DNA from: Clostridia bacterium
Lineage (GTDB): Bacteria > Bacillota > Clostridia > TANB77 > CAG-508
Assembly (NCBI GenBank): GCA_045643205.1
Contig: JAZUKI010000006.1
Span: forward strand, 39,595 to 103,594
Reading direction: 5' to 3'
Length of the DNA: 64,000 bases
A program made the position numbers and the translations under genes. Numbering within the stretch: the stretch's first letter is position 1; every line of letters begins with the position of its first letter. Of this stretch, positions 30,057-42,428 are shown piece by piece. The notes under the pieces were generated by a model. It searched no databases. It was not told the DNA's origin and saw only the letters and a program-made list of their open reading frames with translations.

Positions 30057-31046
30057 TTAGCCTTCTATTTTTATAACATCAAATTCGATTGTATAATTAT
30101 TATCTTCATTACCATAATTGTAAATTAATAATAATTCTCCATTTTGTCCAATCATAAAGTTCTTAATATTATTTACATCATAGAATCCGTCTGTTGCTAA
30201 TTCTTTATCTCTTGTATATGTTCCTGTTGTATATGTTGAATAAGATTTAGCACTATCATTTATTTTTTTAATTTGTTCTTTAATTGTTGAATTAACATCA
30301 GCTGTATTTAAGCCTTTTAATTGTAGCATTTTTGAAATTGTAATTTCTTCACCTGTTGTTATATCTACATTAAATGTTCTTAAATATCTTCTTTGTGGTT
30401 TTCCAGGAACTAAATCAATTGACATGATAGCAATTGATAAATATCTATTTTGATAAACTGTTCCTGTAAAATTAGCTTCATAATTATAAATTCCAGTAAC
30501 TGTTTGAACTGTTTCATTAGGTACCATACTTGCTGTATTATCTACTACACCTTCAGTTGTTGTTTCAACTGGTACTCTCTTCTTTGAAAGTTCAACACCT
30601 TTATTATATCTAGCTAAGAATACTTGGTAGAACTCTCTATCCATTGCTGGATTAAATACTTGTGCAATATAATCACTCTTTAAATTTATCATTGGAAAAT
30701 GTACATCAATATTACATTTATCTTTATCAATATTTTTATCATCAACTGATGTGTATGCCATTCTATGATCATAATCACTAATGATTAAAGGTGAATTAGG
30801 ATCACTCTTAAAAATTCCCATTGTTGACTCATCTGCTAATCTTGAAACTGTATTATTAAATAATGCATTAAAATCAGCTCTTAAGATTGCTTGAGTATTA
30901 TCTATAGTTTGAGTGCCACCATTTTCTCCAGCTGTTGTATTTGAATTTTCACCTAATAAAAGTCTAAAAACTCCTAATAATATTGAAACTACACAAACAA
31001 CTGCTATAGCAACATAAATTAAATTTCTCATTCTCTTATCTACCAT
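30057..31046 (-). CDS. Hypothetical membrane-anchored extracellular protein
   Basis: 329-aa ORF, N-terminal TM, good RBS. Confidence 0.75.
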   Translation of the reverse strand: MVDKRMRNLIYVAIAVVCVVSILLGVFRLLLGENSNTTAGENGGTQTIDNTQAILRADFNALFNNTVSRLADESTMGIFKSDPNSPLIISDYDHRMAYTSVDDKNIDKDKCNIDVHFPMINLKSDYIAQVFNPAMDREFYQVFLARYNKGVELSKKRVPVETTTEGVVDNTASMVPNETVQTVTGIYNYEANFTGTVYQNRYLSIAIMSIDLVPGKPQRRYLRTFNVDITTGEEITISKMLQLKGLNTADVNSTIKEQIKKINDSAKSYSTYTTGTYTRDKELATDGFYDVNNIKNFMIGQNGELLLIYNYGNEDNNYTIEFDVIKIEG

Positions 31047-31095
31047 AACTATCTCCTTATAGACTTTAATATTATAGCATTTTGCTAAAAAAAAT

Positions 31096-31130
31096 AAAAG
31101 ACTCTAGACTAAATTAGTCTAGAGTCTTTA
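31096..31130 (-). terminator. rpoC terminator
   Basis: aaagactctagact / agtctagagtcttt. Confidence 0.8.
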
Positions 31131-31226
31131 TTATTTAATATTTAGTATTTTACTAATCTTTAATTATAATACTATATTTAATTATAGTTATTTTAATTAA
31201 TTATTTAATTAGTTGTTCGTTACTAA

Positions 31227-34200
31227 TTATTGATTTTCTTGATTTGAATTCATGCTTTCAACTGCTTGTTCAAATTTATTTGCATCTTGTGCATTCATTA
31301 CTGTATCAGGTTCTTCTTCAAAGCTTTCTGTATTAATATGAGTTTCTTGATATCTTCTCATACCAGTACCAGCTGGAATTAACTTACCAATGATAACATT
31401 TTCTTTTAATCCAACTAAATCATCAGCTTTACCCTTAATAGCAGCTTCTGTTAATACTCTTGTTGTCTCTTGGAATGATGCTGCAGATAAGAATGAATCT
31501 GTAGATAAAGCAGCTTTTGTGATACCTTGAAGAACTCTCTTACCTTCTGCAGGTTTCTTCTTTTGAGCTTTTAACTCAGCATTAATTTCATTAAACTTGT
31601 TAATATCTATTAATGTACCTGCTAGTAATAAGCTGTCTCCAGAGTCAGTAATCTTCATCTTCTTAAGCATTTGTCTAGCTATAATTTCAATATGTTTATC
31701 GTTAATATCAACACCTTGGTTTCTATAAACTTTTTGAATTTCTTGAACTAAGTATTCATGAACAGCTCCAGGACCCTTAATTGTTAAGATTTCATTAGGG
31801 TTAATAGAACCTTCTGTTAATTGATCACCTGCTTCAATTACATCACCATCGTTAACTGCAAGTTTAGATCCAAATGGAATTGGATATTTTCTGCTGTCTT
31901 CTTTAGATGTAACTGTAACAATCTTTTTCTTCTTTTCTTCTGAGATAGAAACTTTACCAGCGATTTCAGATACGATAGCAAGTCCCTTTGGTTTACGAGC
32001 TTCGAAAAGCTCCTCAACTCTAGGAAGACCTTGTGTAATATCTGCAACACCAGCAACACCACCAGAGTGAATAGTTCTCATAGTTAACTGTGTACCAGGT
32101 TCACCGATTGATTGAGCTGCAATTGTTCCGATAGGTTCACCAATTTGTACAATCTTTCTTGTAGCAAGTGACATACCATAACATTTTGCACAAACACCAT
32201 GTTCTGTTTTACAGTTCATTGGAGATCTAACAACAACTCTTGTAATACCAGCTTCAACAATCTTGTCTGCTGCTTTTTCATTAATCATTGTATTAGTATC
32301 GCAAAGAACTTCTTTAGTGTTTGGATCAATAATATCATTTAATGGATATCTACCAATTAATCTTTCTTGTAATGGTTCAATTAATTGATTTCCATCTTTT
32401 AATTCATAAACTTCAAGACCTTCTGTTGTACCACAATCATCTTCTCTTACAATAATATCTTGTGAAACATCAACTAATCTTCTTGTTAAGTAACCAGAGT
32501 CTGCTGTTCTTAAAGCTGTATCAGAAAGACCTTTACGAGCACCATGGGCTGAAATAAAGTATTCTAATGAGTCTAATCCTTCACGGAATGATGACTTAAT
32601 AGGAATCTCGACTGTTTTACCAGTTGTAGAAGCCATAAGTCCACGCATACCAGCAACTTGACGTAATTGTGAAATGTTACCACGGGCTCCAGATGTTGAC
32701 ATCATGAAGATTGGGTTCATTTCATCAAAGTTATCTTGCATTGCTCCAGATATTTTATCAGTAATACCTTCCCAAATATTGATAACACTTTGATAACGTT
32801 CTTGATCAGTGATAAGACCTCTTGCATATTGCATTTGAACTCTATCAACTGCCTCTTGTCCTTGTCTTAATAAGTCTTGTTTTTCACTAGGAACTTGAAC
32901 ATCTGCTATAGATACTGTCATACCTGCTGTTGTACAATATTTGTAACCAGTAGATTTAATGTAATCTAGTAATTCAGCTGTTCTATCAAGTCCATGAATT
33001 GAAATACATTTTCCAATAATTTTCTTTAATTTCTTTTTATTGATTGTGAAATCAATTTCATACTCAAATTTATTTGCAGGATCTGATCTATCAACAAATC
33101 CTAAATCTTGTGGAATTCCTTTATTGTAAATGATTTTACCCATTGTTGTTTTGATAATTCCATGATCAATTTCATTACCTTCGCTATCATACTCAGCCAT
33201 TCTAACATTGATCTTAGCATGAATTCCGATGTCATTGTTTGCATATGCCATTTCAGCTTCATCTGTTGAAGAGAAATACATTCCTGCACCCTTTGTTCCT
33301 TTTCTTATAGTGTCTTCTTCAGTATCATTAGGGTCAGCATCTACATCCATTGTTAAGTAGTATGCACCTAAGATCATATCTTGAGAAGGCTCTGTAATAG
33401 GAGCACCATCAGTAGGTTTTAATAAGTTGTTTGTTGATAACATTAAATATCTTGATTCAGCTTGAGCTTCTAATGATAAAGGTAAGTGAATAGCCATTTG
33501 GTCACCATCGAAGTCAGCATTGAATGCTGTACAAACTAATGGGTGAAGTTTAATAGCTCTACCTTCAACTAGAACTGGCTCAAATGATTGAATACCAAGT
33601 CTATGTAATGTTGGAGCACGGTTAAGCATTACTGGATGATCTTTAATAACATCCTCTAATACTTCCCATACAGCAGGATCAAGTCTTTCAACCATTCTCT
33701 TTGCTACTTTGATATTCTTAGCTAATTTTCTTGAAACTAATTCTCTCATAACAAATGGTTTGAATAACTCAACTGCCATTTCCTTTGGAACACCACATTG
33801 GTAAATCTTCAATTCTGGTCCTACTACGATAACTGAACGTCCTGAGTAGTCAACACGTTTACCAAGTAAGTTTTGACGGAATCTACCTTGTTTACCCTTT
33901 AACATATCTGATAAAGATTTTAAAGCTCTTCCGCCAGCACCTGTAACTGGTCTTCCTCTTCTACTATTATCAATTAAAGCATCAACTGATTCTTGTAACA
34001 TACGTTTTTCGTTTCTTACAATAATTTCAGGAGCGCCTAATTCTAATAATCTCTTTAATCTGTTATTTCTATTAATAACTCTTCTATATAAGTCATTTAA
34101 ATCAGATGTTGCAAATCTTCCACCATCTAATTGAACCATAGGTCTTAAATCTGGTGGTATAACTGGAATTGCACTCATAACCATCCATTCAGGTTTATTT

Positions 34201-34862
34201 GAAGATTTTCTAAATGATTCAACTGTATCTAATCTCTTAATAAGTTTAATTTTCTTTTGCTCACTTGCTTTAGAGATTTGTTTTTGAAGATCTTTAGATA
34301 ATTTTTCTACATCAATTTCAGCTAATAATTTCTTTAATGCTTCTGCACCCATTTCTGCTTTAAAAGAATCTTCTCCATATTTTTCAACAGCTTCACTGTA
34401 TTCTTTTTCAGTTAAAACTGTTCCCTTTTCTAATTTTGAAGTTCCTTTATCAAGAACAATGTATGCTGCAAAATAAACAACTCTTTCAATAGCTTTAGGT
34501 GAAACATCTAACATTAATGCTATTCTGTTTGGAATTCCTCTGAAATACCAGATATGAGCAACTGGAGCAGCTAATTCAATGTGTCCCATTCTCTCACGTC
34601 TTACTTTAGATTTTGTAACTTCAACGCCACATCTATCGCAAACAACGCCTTTATATCTGATTCTCTTATATTTACCACAATGGCATTCCCAGTCTTTTAC
34701 TGGTCCGAAAATTCTTTCACAGAAAAGTCCATCTTTTTCTGGTTTTAATGTTCTATAGTTAATAGTCTCAGGTTTTTTAACTTCACCTTTTGACCATTCT
34801 CTAATTTGTTCATCTGAAGCTAAACTTATACGTATTTGATTTAAGTTTTCTAAATCTTCCAC
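31227..34862 (-). CDS. rpoC: RNA polymerase beta-prime subunit
   Basis: NADFDGD, N-terminal Zn finger, GEPGTQLT. Confidence 0.99.
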   Translation of the reverse strand: MEDLENLNQIRISLASDEQIREWSKGEVKKPETINYRTLKPEKDGLFCERIFGPVKDWECHCGKYKRIRYKGVVCDRCGVEVTKSKVRRERMGHIELAAPVAHIWYFRGIPNRIALMLDVSPKAIERVVYFAAYIVLDKGTSKLEKGTVLTEKEYSEAVEKYGEDSFKAEMGAEALKKLLAEIDVEKLSKDLQKQISKASEQKKIKLIKRLDTVESFRKSSNKPEWMVMSAIPVIPPDLRPMVQLDGGRFATSDLNDLYRRVINRNNRLKRLLELGAPEIIVRNEKRMLQESVDALIDNSRRGRPVTGAGGRALKSLSDMLKGKQGRFRQNLLGKRVDYSGRSVIVVGPELKIYQCGVPKEMAVELFKPFVMRELVSRKLAKNIKVAKRMVERLDPAVWEVLEDVIKDHPVMLNRAPTLHRLGIQSFEPVLVEGRAIKLHPLVCTAFNADFDGDQMAIHLPLSLEAQAESRYLMLSTNNLLKPTDGAPITEPSQDMILGAYYLTMDVDADPNDTEEDTIRKGTKGAGMYFSSTDEAEMAYANNDIGIHAKINVRMAEYDSEGNEIDHGIIKTTMGKIIYNKGIPQDLGFVDRSDPANKFEYEIDFTINKKKLKKIIGKCISIHGLDRTAELLDYIKSTGYKYCTTAGMTVSIADVQVPSEKQDLLRQGQEAVDRVQMQYARGLITDQERYQSVINIWEGITDKISGAMQDNFDEMNPIFMMSTSGARGNISQLRQVAGMRGLMASTTGKTVEIPIKSSFREGLDSLEYFISAHGARKGLSDTALRTADSGYLTRRLVDVSQDIIVREDDCGTTEGLEVYELKDGNQLIEPLQERLIGRYPLNDIIDPNTKEVLCDTNTMINEKAADKIVEAGITRVVVRSPMNCKTEHGVCAKCYGMSLATRKIVQIGEPIGTIAAQSIGEPGTQLTMRTIHSGGVAGVADITQGLPRVEELFEARKPKGLAIVSEIAGKVSISEEKKKKIVTVTSKEDSRKYPIPFGSKLAVNDGDVIEAGDQLTEGSINPNEILTIKGPGAVHEYLVQEIQKVYRNQGVDINDKHIEIIARQMLKKMKITDSGDSLLLAGTLIDINKFNEINAELKAQKKKPAEGKRVLQGITKAALSTDSFLSAASFQETTRVLTEAAIKGKADDLVGLKENVIIGKLIPAGTGMRRYQETHINTESFEEEPDTVMNAQDANKFEQAVESMNSNQENQ

Positions 34863-35009
34863 TTAAATTTGCCTCCACTTTTATATTTTTTGTTATTAAT
34901 TTTTTGAAACTTTATATACACACTGCTGTACATCCATTAAGATATAAAATTTTAAAAATTAAAAATATTAAATTAAATTTGTTTTGTAAATAATTACTTA
35001 AACGAAATA

Positions 35010-38000
35010 TTATAATGTGTCATCGTCATCAAAGTTGTCTTCTGCACCATAACCATCATCAAATTCGTCTTCTTCGATATCTTCATATTCAGCATCTTCA
35101 AGTCCATCGTCGAATTCTTCAACTTCTTCATCGCCTTGATCTTCTGCTTCATTATCTTCACTTGTTTCAGAATATCCACCGTTTTGTAATTCTTGTTCAT
35201 TTACAACATTATGATCTTCTCTTGAATCGCTGTCATTGATTTGGTTGAAATCAACTGCATCATCAATTTCTTCTTTCAATTCAATTAATTTATCTTGTTT
35301 ATCATATAATGTAATATCTAATCCTAATGCTTGTAATTCTTTTACAAGAACTTTGAAACCTTCTGGGATTCCTGGTTTTGGAATATTGCTTCCCTTTACA
35401 ATTGCTTCATAAGCTTTAACTCTTCCGACAACGTCATCAGATTTTGTTGTAATCATTTCTTGTAATGTGTAAGCAGCACCATAAGCTTCAAGTGCCCAAA
35501 CTTCCATCTCACCAAATCTTTGTCCACCAAATTGTGCTTTACCACCAAGAGGTTGTTGTGTAACTAATGAGTATGGTCCAGTTGAACGAGCATGAATCTT
35601 ATCATCTACTAAGTGGTGTAATTTTAACATGTACATAACTCCGACTGTAACTGGGTGATCAAATGGATCTCCTGTTCTACCGTCATATACAACTGTTTTA
35701 CCATCTTTTCTTAATTTAGCTTGTTCTAATAGTTCTTCAATTTCCCAGTCTTTAGCACCATCAAATACTGGTGTTTCAACTTTCCATCCAAGAGCTCTAG
35801 CTGCCATTCCTAAGTGAACTTCAAGAACTTGTCCTAAGTTCATACGAGAAGGAACACCCATTGGGTTTAATAAGATATCAACTGGTGTACCATCAGGTAA
35901 GAAAGGCATATCTTCTTCTGGAAGAATTCTTGAAATAACACCTTTATTTCCATGACGACCAGACATCTTATCACCAACACTAATCTTTCTCTTAGCAGCA
36001 ATATAAATTCTAATAACTTGATTTACACCAGGTCCTAATTCATCTGAATTATCCCTTGTAAATACTTTAACATCAACAATTGTTCCTTCCTCACCATGTG
36101 GAACTCTTAATGATGTATCTCTAACTTCTCTAGATTTTTCACCGAAGATAGCTCTTAATAATCTTTCTTCAGCTGTTAATTCTGTTTCACCCTTAGGTGT
36201 AACTTTACCAACTAGGATATCTCCAGGTCTTACTTCAGCACCGATTCTGATGATACCATCTTCATCTAAGTCTTTAAGAACATCCTCACCTAAGTTTGGA
36301 ATATCTCTTGTAATTTCTTCTGGTCCTAATTTTGTATCACGACATTCACAGTTGTATTCTTCAATATGAATAGATGTGAATGTATCTTCTTTAACTAATT
36401 TTTCATTAATAAGGATAGCATCCTCAAAGTTGTAACCTTCCCAAGTAGAGAAAGCAATTAATGCATTTCTACCAAGAGCCATTTCACCATTTTGAGTTGC
36501 TGGTCCATCAGCGATTGTATCACCCTCTTTAACTTTCTCACCAACTTCAACAATTGGTCTTTGGTTGATACATGTACCACCGTTAGTTCTCTTGAATTTT
36601 GATAATTTATATTTTTGTAATTCATCTTTCTTTGTTCTAATTTGAATTTCATCAGATGAAACTTTTTCAACAATTCCAGCTTCTTTTGCAATAATTGTAA
36701 TTCCAGAATCTTTAGCTGCTCTGTATTCCATACCAGTTGCAACGATTGGTGATTCTGTTTTAATAAGTGGAACTGCTTGTCTTTGCATGTTTGAACCCAT
36801 TAAAGATCTCTTAACGTCATCATGCTCTAAGAAAGGAATCATAGCTGCAGCAACAGAAACTAATTCTCTTGGAGAAATTTCTAAGTAGTCAACTTCTTCA
36901 GCTGGAACTTCTAAGAATTCTGTTACTCTTCTAACTTTAACTTTCTTATTCTTTAATTTTCCGTTTTTATCAATTGGTTCTATTGCTTGTCCAATAGAAT
37001 ATTTATCTTCTTGATCAGCAGATAAATAATCAACTTGGTCAGTAACTTTATGTGTTTTCTTATCAATCTTTCTATATGGAGCTTCAATAAATCCATATTC
37101 ATTAATTCTAGCAAATGAACAAAGTGCAGAAATTAATCCGATGTTTGGTCCTTCAGGAGACTCAACTGGGCATAATCTACCATAGTGAGTATAGTGAATA
37201 TCACGAACCTCGAAACCTGCTCTCTCTCTTGTTAAACCACCAGGTCCTAATGCTGAAATTCTTCTCTTATGAGTTAATTCAGATAATGGGTTTGTTTGAT
37301 CCATAAATTGTGATAATTGAGAACTTCCAAAGAATTCTCTAATTGATGATGAAATTGGTTTTGTATTAATTAATGCTTGTGGTGTAATAGAGTCTAAGTC
37401 TTGAATTGTCATTCTTTCTCTTACTACTCTTTCTAGTCTTGCTAAACCAATTCTGAATTGATTTTGAAGTAATTCACCAACGCATCTAATACGTCTATTT
37501 CCTAAATGGTCAATATCATCAATATTTCCTAAACCATGATATAGGTTTAATAAATAACTAATTGAAGCAATAATATCTTCATTAGTAATATGATGAGGAA
37601 TTAACTCTTCATATCTTTGTTTTAAAACATCACGTAAATCTTTCTTTGCAGTTTTTTCTAAAATATCTTTTAAAACTGTATAGTTAACTAATTCTTTGAA
37701 GTTTAAATCTCCAAGATCTTTATCAGAAACATATGCATGAATATCAACAACACCATTTCCAATAACATTGATATAAGATTCACCGCAAACAATTTTAACT
37801 GTATTTACGCCACTGTTTTGAATTGCTGTAGCTGTTTCTTCAGAAATAATATCTCCTCTATCAGCAAGTAATTCTCCTGATTCAGGATCAACAATTGCTT
37901 CGAAAGCAACTTGTCCAGTAATTCTCTTTGCTAAGCTTAATTTTCCATTAAACTTATGTCTTCCAACTTTAGCTAAATCATATCTCTTTGGATCAAAGAA

Positions 38001-38780
38001 TAATCTATCAAAAACTTGTCTAGCTGCTTCTACTGTTGGAAGTTCACCAGGTCTTAATTTTTTATAGATATCAATAATAGCTTCTTCAGAAGTTTTAATT
38101 GGATCTTTTTGAAGTGAAACTTTTAATAATTGTTCATCACCAAATATGGCTAGTATTTGGTCTTCATTTTCAATTCCAATTGCTCTTAATAATGTTGTAA
38201 TAGGAATCTTTCTAGTTCTATCAACTCTTACCCATAAAACATCATTATTATCTGTTTCATACTCAAGCCATGCACCTCTTAAAGGCATAACTGTTGAAGT
38301 ATAAAGTGTTTTTCCTGTTTTAGTATCAAGTGCAGATGCATAATAACAGCTTGGTGATCTTACCAACTGGCTAACTACGACTCTCTCAGCACCATTTATA
38401 ACAAATGTTCCTGTATCAGTCATAAGTGGGAAATCACCTAAATAAATTTCTTGTTCCTTTATTTCTCCAGTCTCTCTGTTAAATAAACGAACATTTACAT
38501 GCAACTTTGTTGAATATGTTGCATCTCTTTCTTTTGCTTCTTCTACAGTGTATTTTGGATTTTCATCCATGTGATATTCTAAGAAATCCAAAACTAGATT
38601 TTCTGAGAAATCAACAATTGGAGATACTTCTTTAAGTACTTCTCCTAATCCTTCGTTAATAAACCAATTGTAAGAATCTTTTTGCACTTTAATAAGATTT
38701 GGCATTTCGATGAAATCACCAATCTTTGAGAAACTCTTACGTGTGGTCTTTCCACGTTTTACGTTTTGAACGTTAATCAA
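35010..38780 (-). CDS. rpoB: RNA polymerase beta subunit with a long acidic C-terminal tail
   Basis: [31 protein letters not shown]. Confidence 0.99.
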   Translation of the reverse strand: MINVQNVKRGKTTRKSFSKIGDFIEMPNLIKVQKDSYNWFINEGLGEVLKEVSPIVDFSENLVLDFLEYHMDENPKYTVEEAKERDATYSTKLHVNVRLFNRETGEIKEQEIYLGDFPLMTDTGTFVINGAERVVVSQLVRSPSCYYASALDTKTGKTLYTSTVMPLRGAWLEYETDNNDVLWVRVDRTRKIPITTLLRAIGIENEDQILAIFGDEQLLKVSLQKDPIKTSEEAIIDIYKKLRPGELPTVEAARQVFDRLFFDPKRYDLAKVGRHKFNGKLSLAKRITGQVAFEAIVDPESGELLADRGDIISEETATAIQNSGVNTVKIVCGESYINVIGNGVVDIHAYVSDKDLGDLNFKELVNYTVLKDILEKTAKKDLRDVLKQRYEELIPHHITNEDIIASISYLLNLYHGLGNIDDIDHLGNRRIRCVGELLQNQFRIGLARLERVVRERMTIQDLDSITPQALINTKPISSSIREFFGSSQLSQFMDQTNPLSELTHKRRISALGPGGLTRERAGFEVRDIHYTHYGRLCPVESPEGPNIGLISALCSFARINEYGFIEAPYRKIDKKTHKVTDQVDYLSADQEDKYSIGQAIEPIDKNGKLKNKKVKVRRVTEFLEVPAEEVDYLEISPRELVSVAAAMIPFLEHDDVKRSLMGSNMQRQAVPLIKTESPIVATGMEYRAAKDSGITIIAKEAGIVEKVSSDEIQIRTKKDELQKYKLSKFKRTNGGTCINQRPIVEVGEKVKEGDTIADGPATQNGEMALGRNALIAFSTWEGYNFEDAILINEKLVKEDTFTSIHIEEYNCECRDTKLGPEEITRDIPNLGEDVLKDLDEDGIIRIGAEVRPGDILVGKVTPKGETELTAEERLLRAIFGEKSREVRDTSLRVPHGEEGTIVDVKVFTRDNSDELGPGVNQVIRIYIAAKRKISVGDKMSGRHGNKGVISRILPEEDMPFLPDGTPVDILLNPMGVPSRMNLGQVLEVHLGMAARALGWKVETPVFDGAKDWEIEELLEQAKLRKDGKTVVYDGRTGDPFDHPVTVGVMYMLKLHHLVDDKIHARSTGPYSLVTQQPLGGKAQFGGQRFGEMEVWALEAYGAAYTLQEMITTKSDDVVGRVKAYEAIVKGSNIPKPGIPEGFKVLVKELQALGLDITLYDKQDKLIELKEEIDDAVDFNQINDSDSREDHNVVNEQELQNGGYSETSEDNEAEDQGDEEVEEFDDGLEDAEYEDIEEDEFDDGYGAEDNFDDDDTL

Positions 38781-39099
38781 AGGTTCTACCTCCTAAAAAA
38801 ATTCAGCAGATAGTATTTTTTCTTTGATTGAAAGTCCTTCTTATCTAATCCAGTTTTTATAGTTATTTTGAGACTTCCTGCCTAAAAAGTCCTAAAATAA
38901 CAATAAGCTTTGAAAAGAAATTCCTCTTCCAATAAAGAATTTACATAATAAAAAATCTTAGAGACAGCAAAAAAAGGTAAACACTTAATAGTCGTCACTA
39001 CTGATTTTACCTCATTAAAAACAAATAAATTTTATCTCATAATATCCGAATTTAACATCTATTAGCCCCTAGATTTTTATTCGTAAAAAATACCTTTTT

Positions 39100-39128
39100 A
39101 TTTTACAATATATTAGCTTTTAAGTCAA
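39100..39128 (-). promoter_or_regulatory. Probable SigA promoter for rpoBC, giving a leader of about 310 nt
   Basis: TTGACT-17 bp-TAAAAT. Confidence 0.55.
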
Positions 39129-39142
39129 TATTTTATGTAACT

Positions 39143-39290
39143 TTTTTCACAATTTCCACATTTTTTTGTGAATAACTCTCCTATTGATAAAACAAACTCA
39201 ACATTATATAATATTTTTACTTAATTTTGCAGAAAAATTTACTGCTTTTATACACAATTTATTGTATTTATACATAATTTGTATAAAATT
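39143..39290. promoter_or_regulatory. Cluster of DnaA-box-like 9-mers
   Basis: TGTGAATAA (39167-39175) and TTATACACA (39248-39256) fit TTATNCACA; weaker TTATACATA (39268), TTTTCACA, TTTCCACA nearby. Confidence 0.5.
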
Positions 39291-39317
39291 TTTGTATTTA
39301 AACTTTAGGAGAAAATT

Positions 39318-40787
39318 ATGACCAAAATTAAAAATTTTGTCACCAAGCACGACAATTTATTTGTATTTTTATTGTTTCTACTAATATCCATAGGTTTTGT
39401 CTTCAAAAACAAAATATATGGCTTTGATTCTTTATGGTTATTTGGAAACACATATAAATTAGCAAATGGTTTAAAAATATATGAAGAAGTAAATATTTTA
39501 ACATTTCCGTTCTTTTATGAACTATTTCAACTAATATTAAGATTATTTAATAACTTTTTAGGATTCCTATTATCAAACTTTTTATTAGCTGTACCATTAT
39601 ATTTTATGATTTATCAAGTATTTAAATCACTAAATATTAAAAAAAGTTTTGCCCTATTATTTACTTTAGCATGTTCATTAATTACTCCTCAGCTTTTCAT
39701 CTTTGGTCCTAGCTATAATACTTTTTCACTTTTATTATATGTGATAGGTTTGTTCCTATATTTAAAGAAAAAAGATTCAAAATACTCATACATTTTTCAA
39801 GGATTAATTGCTTTCTTAATACTAATGTGTGATCAAAAATTTGGTGCGGCATATATTGCTGGATTATTCTTAATTTGTGTATCAAGTCTAAAAAGTGAAA
39901 AAAAGCCAATTATCAATCTTGTAAAAACTTATTTAGTAATAGCTTTTCTATGCCTAGTTACAATTTTAGTTTTATTCCTAACAAACAGATTAAATAGTTT
40001 TATAAATTTAACAATTTTAAGTATAGGTAGTTTCACTCAAAATCTATCACTTGGTATAATTTCTGCTTTATACTTATTAGGAATCGGTATTTTCTTTATA
40101 TTGGTTATTGTATGTATAGTAAAAAAATATAATAATTATAAGCCTTTAAAAACATTACTATGTTTAACATTTCCGCTACTAATCATAGTTTATCCTATTT
40201 TTAATCATTATCACTTTATATTATTTTTTACACTATTTTTTATATTAGTATTCTATACATTATATAATTTGTTTGATAAACTTTTAGTAGAAAAAACACT
40301 TGGTTTAGTTGTAAGCATTGTCAATTTATTATTTTCATTATTATTAATATTTAATAGTATTCTTACCTTTATTAATTGGAACTCTACTCGTATAAAAACA
40401 CCTGGAGACTTATTCTATGGAGCAGTAATTTATGATTCATTAAAAGTTCCTTTAGAAGAAACAAATAATTATATTAATTCTTTAAAAGAACAAAATATTA
40501 ATTATAGAATTCTTTCAATTCATTCTATGTTTTATACATTATATGATGTTCCAGAAAAAAATAATTCATATTTTGATTTGCCTTTAAGGGGTAACTTAGG
40601 AAAAGATAATTGGCATGCATTATCTAATATCTTAGATCAAGAGCCAGAAGGAACTTACATTATAATAGATAGAAAAATTGATGGTGATTTTTTAATGTAT
40701 CAATTCCCTGAAGAAATATTTAACTATGTAAATGAAAATTATCAATATATTGAAGACGTTGGCTTCTACTCTGTTTATATAAAATAA
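39318..40787 (+). CDS. Polytopic membrane protein, possible GT-C family glycosyltransferase
   Basis: About 11-13 hydrophobic segments, Asp in first loop (GFDSLW), soluble C-terminal domain. Confidence 0.6.
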   Translation: MTKIKNFVTKHDNLFVFLLFLLISIGFVFKNKIYGFDSLWLFGNTYKLANGLKIYEEVNILTFPFFYELFQLILRLFNNFLGFLLSNFLLAVPLYFMIYQVFKSLNIKKSFALLFTLACSLITPQLFIFGPSYNTFSLLLYVIGLFLYLKKKDSKYSYIFQGLIAFLILMCDQKFGAAYIAGLFLICVSSLKSEKKPIINLVKTYLVIAFLCLVTILVLFLTNRLNSFINLTILSIGSFTQNLSLGIISALYLLGIGIFFILVIVCIVKKYNNYKPLKTLLCLTFPLLIIVYPIFNHYHFILFFTLFFILVFYTLYNLFDKLLVEKTLGLVVSIVNLLFSLLLIFNSILTFINWNSTRIKTPGDLFYGAVIYDSLKVPLEETNNYINSLKEQNINYRILSIHSMFYTLYDVPEKNNSYFDLPLRGNLGKDNWHALSNILDQEPEGTYIIIDRKIDGDFLMYQFPEEIFNYVNENYQYIEDVGFYSVYIK

Positions 40788-40812
40788 AAGATAAAGATAA
40801 AGATAAAAATAA

Positions 40813-40846
40813 AAATAAAAGATGAGAAATTCTCATCTTTTATTTT
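40813..40846. terminator. Bidirectional terminator
   Basis: aaataaaagatgaga / tctcatcttttattt. Confidence 0.75.
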
Positions 40847-41596
40847 TTATATTTCAACACATTTAATTACTCTTCTCTTTTGTCCGTACTCTGTACAAGT
40901 AATAAGTGTTAATTCTTTCTTTCCGTTTGTCATTTGGCTTGTACATCCTAAATCAGTAGGATTAACTGTATACATATCATAAACTTTATAAACAACTTCG
41001 TTTCCGTAGTAATCTTTCAAAGTTACATTATCTCCATTTTGAGCTTGATATAATTTTCCAAACATCTTTCCACTCTTATAATTATGTCCAACTATAACAT
41101 AGTTTCCTTCAGTGTTAGGTGAAGGTCCCCAAAACTTACATAGAGATATTTTTAAAGAAGCTTCTGAATCATCTGTTAATATAGGATATTTAATTCCTAA
41201 TTTAGGATATTCAAAAATTGCTTCACTCTCATAAGACTTTCCGTTGCTTGCTTCAACAGATGATGTTGCAGATTGTGTATTTCCTGTTGGTTCTGGCTGT
41301 GGTGTTTGATTTTGAACTAATGAAAGATTAGTATCTTCCACATTATCTTCATCTAAAGAAATTACTAAAGGTTTTCTTGCTGTTGTATCATCCTCACCAA
41401 CAAGTTGTTGTATTTGCATTCCAATTTCTTGTCCAATAGCTTCTTGGTCATTTCTATCTTTTTCAGCTAAAACATAATAAGTTAGAAGAACAACTATAAC
41501 AAATAATGAAAAGAAATATAATGCTCTATATATTCTTTTTTTACGTTTCATTTCTTTTGTCACATATATTTTGTCAGAAACAAGTATTTGATTCAT
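40847..41596 (-). CDS. Sortase
   Basis: TM anchor, GNYVIVGHN (His), LTLITC (Cys), downstream Arg. Confidence 0.92.
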   Translation of the reverse strand: MNQILVSDKIYVTKEMKRKKRIYRALYFFSLFVIVVLLTYYVLAEKDRNDQEAIGQEIGMQIQQLVGEDDTTARKPLVISLDEDNVEDTNLSLVQNQTPQPEPTGNTQSATSSVEASNGKSYESEAIFEYPKLGIKYPILTDDSEASLKISLCKFWGPSPNTEGNYVIVGHNYKSGKMFGKLYQAQNGDNVTLKDYYGNEVVYKVYDMYTVNPTDLGCTSQMTNGKKELTLITCTEYGQKRRVIKCVEI

Positions 41597-41611
41597 AAGT
41601 TCTCCTTTCTC

Positions 41612-42418
41612 TTAATATATTTTATCTGCGATTTGTGCAAATTGTTCTAATGTTAAATTTTCTCCTCTTGCTTGTTCGCTAATATCTAGTTCTTTCAATA
41701 TGTTTGAAAGTTTTTCTTTTTCAATACAATTAGATAAAGAATTCATTATTGTTTTTCTACGTTTTGTAAAGTTTTCATTTATCAATTTAAATAATAATTC
41801 TTCATTCTTTACTTCAACTCTTGGTTTATTTAATTTCTTTAAATTAACAATTGCTGATTCAACTTTAGGATTAGGTATAAAGCATTCTTTCGAAACAATT
41901 CCTTTTATTGAACAATCAGCATAATAATTTACAAAGTATGTAATTGCTCCGGCATCCTTATCTCCTGGTGTTGCACAAATTCTATCTGCAACTTCCTTTT
42001 GAATAAGAATTGTTATATCTTGTATATCTGTTTTTAAAAGTGCTGTTACTATTGGTGTTGTAATGTAATAAGGTAAATTTGCAATAACCTTGCAATTAGG
42101 TGCTATCTTAGCAATATCTAATTTTAAAACATCTTCATTTATTATTTCTACATTATCATATAGTTTAAATCTGTCTTGTAAAATCTCAACCATATTGTGA
42201 TCAATTTCAACTGCAATTACCTTCTTAGCTTTTTCAGCCATCATTTGTGTAAGAGTTCCAAGACCTGGTCCTATTTCTAAAACAGTATCTTCACTATTTA
42301 AATCTTGAATTATTGTTTGTAAAGCAACTTCATCAAACAAAAAGTTTTGTCCTAAATTTTTATTAGGATGCACATCATATTTTTGCATAATGAATTTTGT
42401 TTCATTATAAATATTCAT
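41612..42418 (-). CDS. rsmA: 16S rRNA dimethyladenosine transferase
   Basis: LGQNFL, EIGPGLG, ANLPYYIT; start moved to ATG 42418 after GGAGG. Confidence 0.95.
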   Translation of the reverse strand: MNIYNETKFIMQKYDVHPNKNLGQNFLFDEVALQTIIQDLNSEDTVLEIGPGLGTLTQMMAEKAKKVIAVEIDHNMVEILQDRFKLYDNVEIINEDVLKLDIAKIAPNCKVIANLPYYITTPIVTALLKTDIQDITILIQKEVADRICATPGDKDAGAITYFVNYYADCSIKGIVSKECFIPNPKVESAIVNLKKLNKPRVEVKNEELLFKLINENFTKRRKTIMNSLSNCIEKEKLSNILKELDISEQARGENLTLEQFAQIADKIY

Positions 42419-42428
42419 TTTGCCTCCA

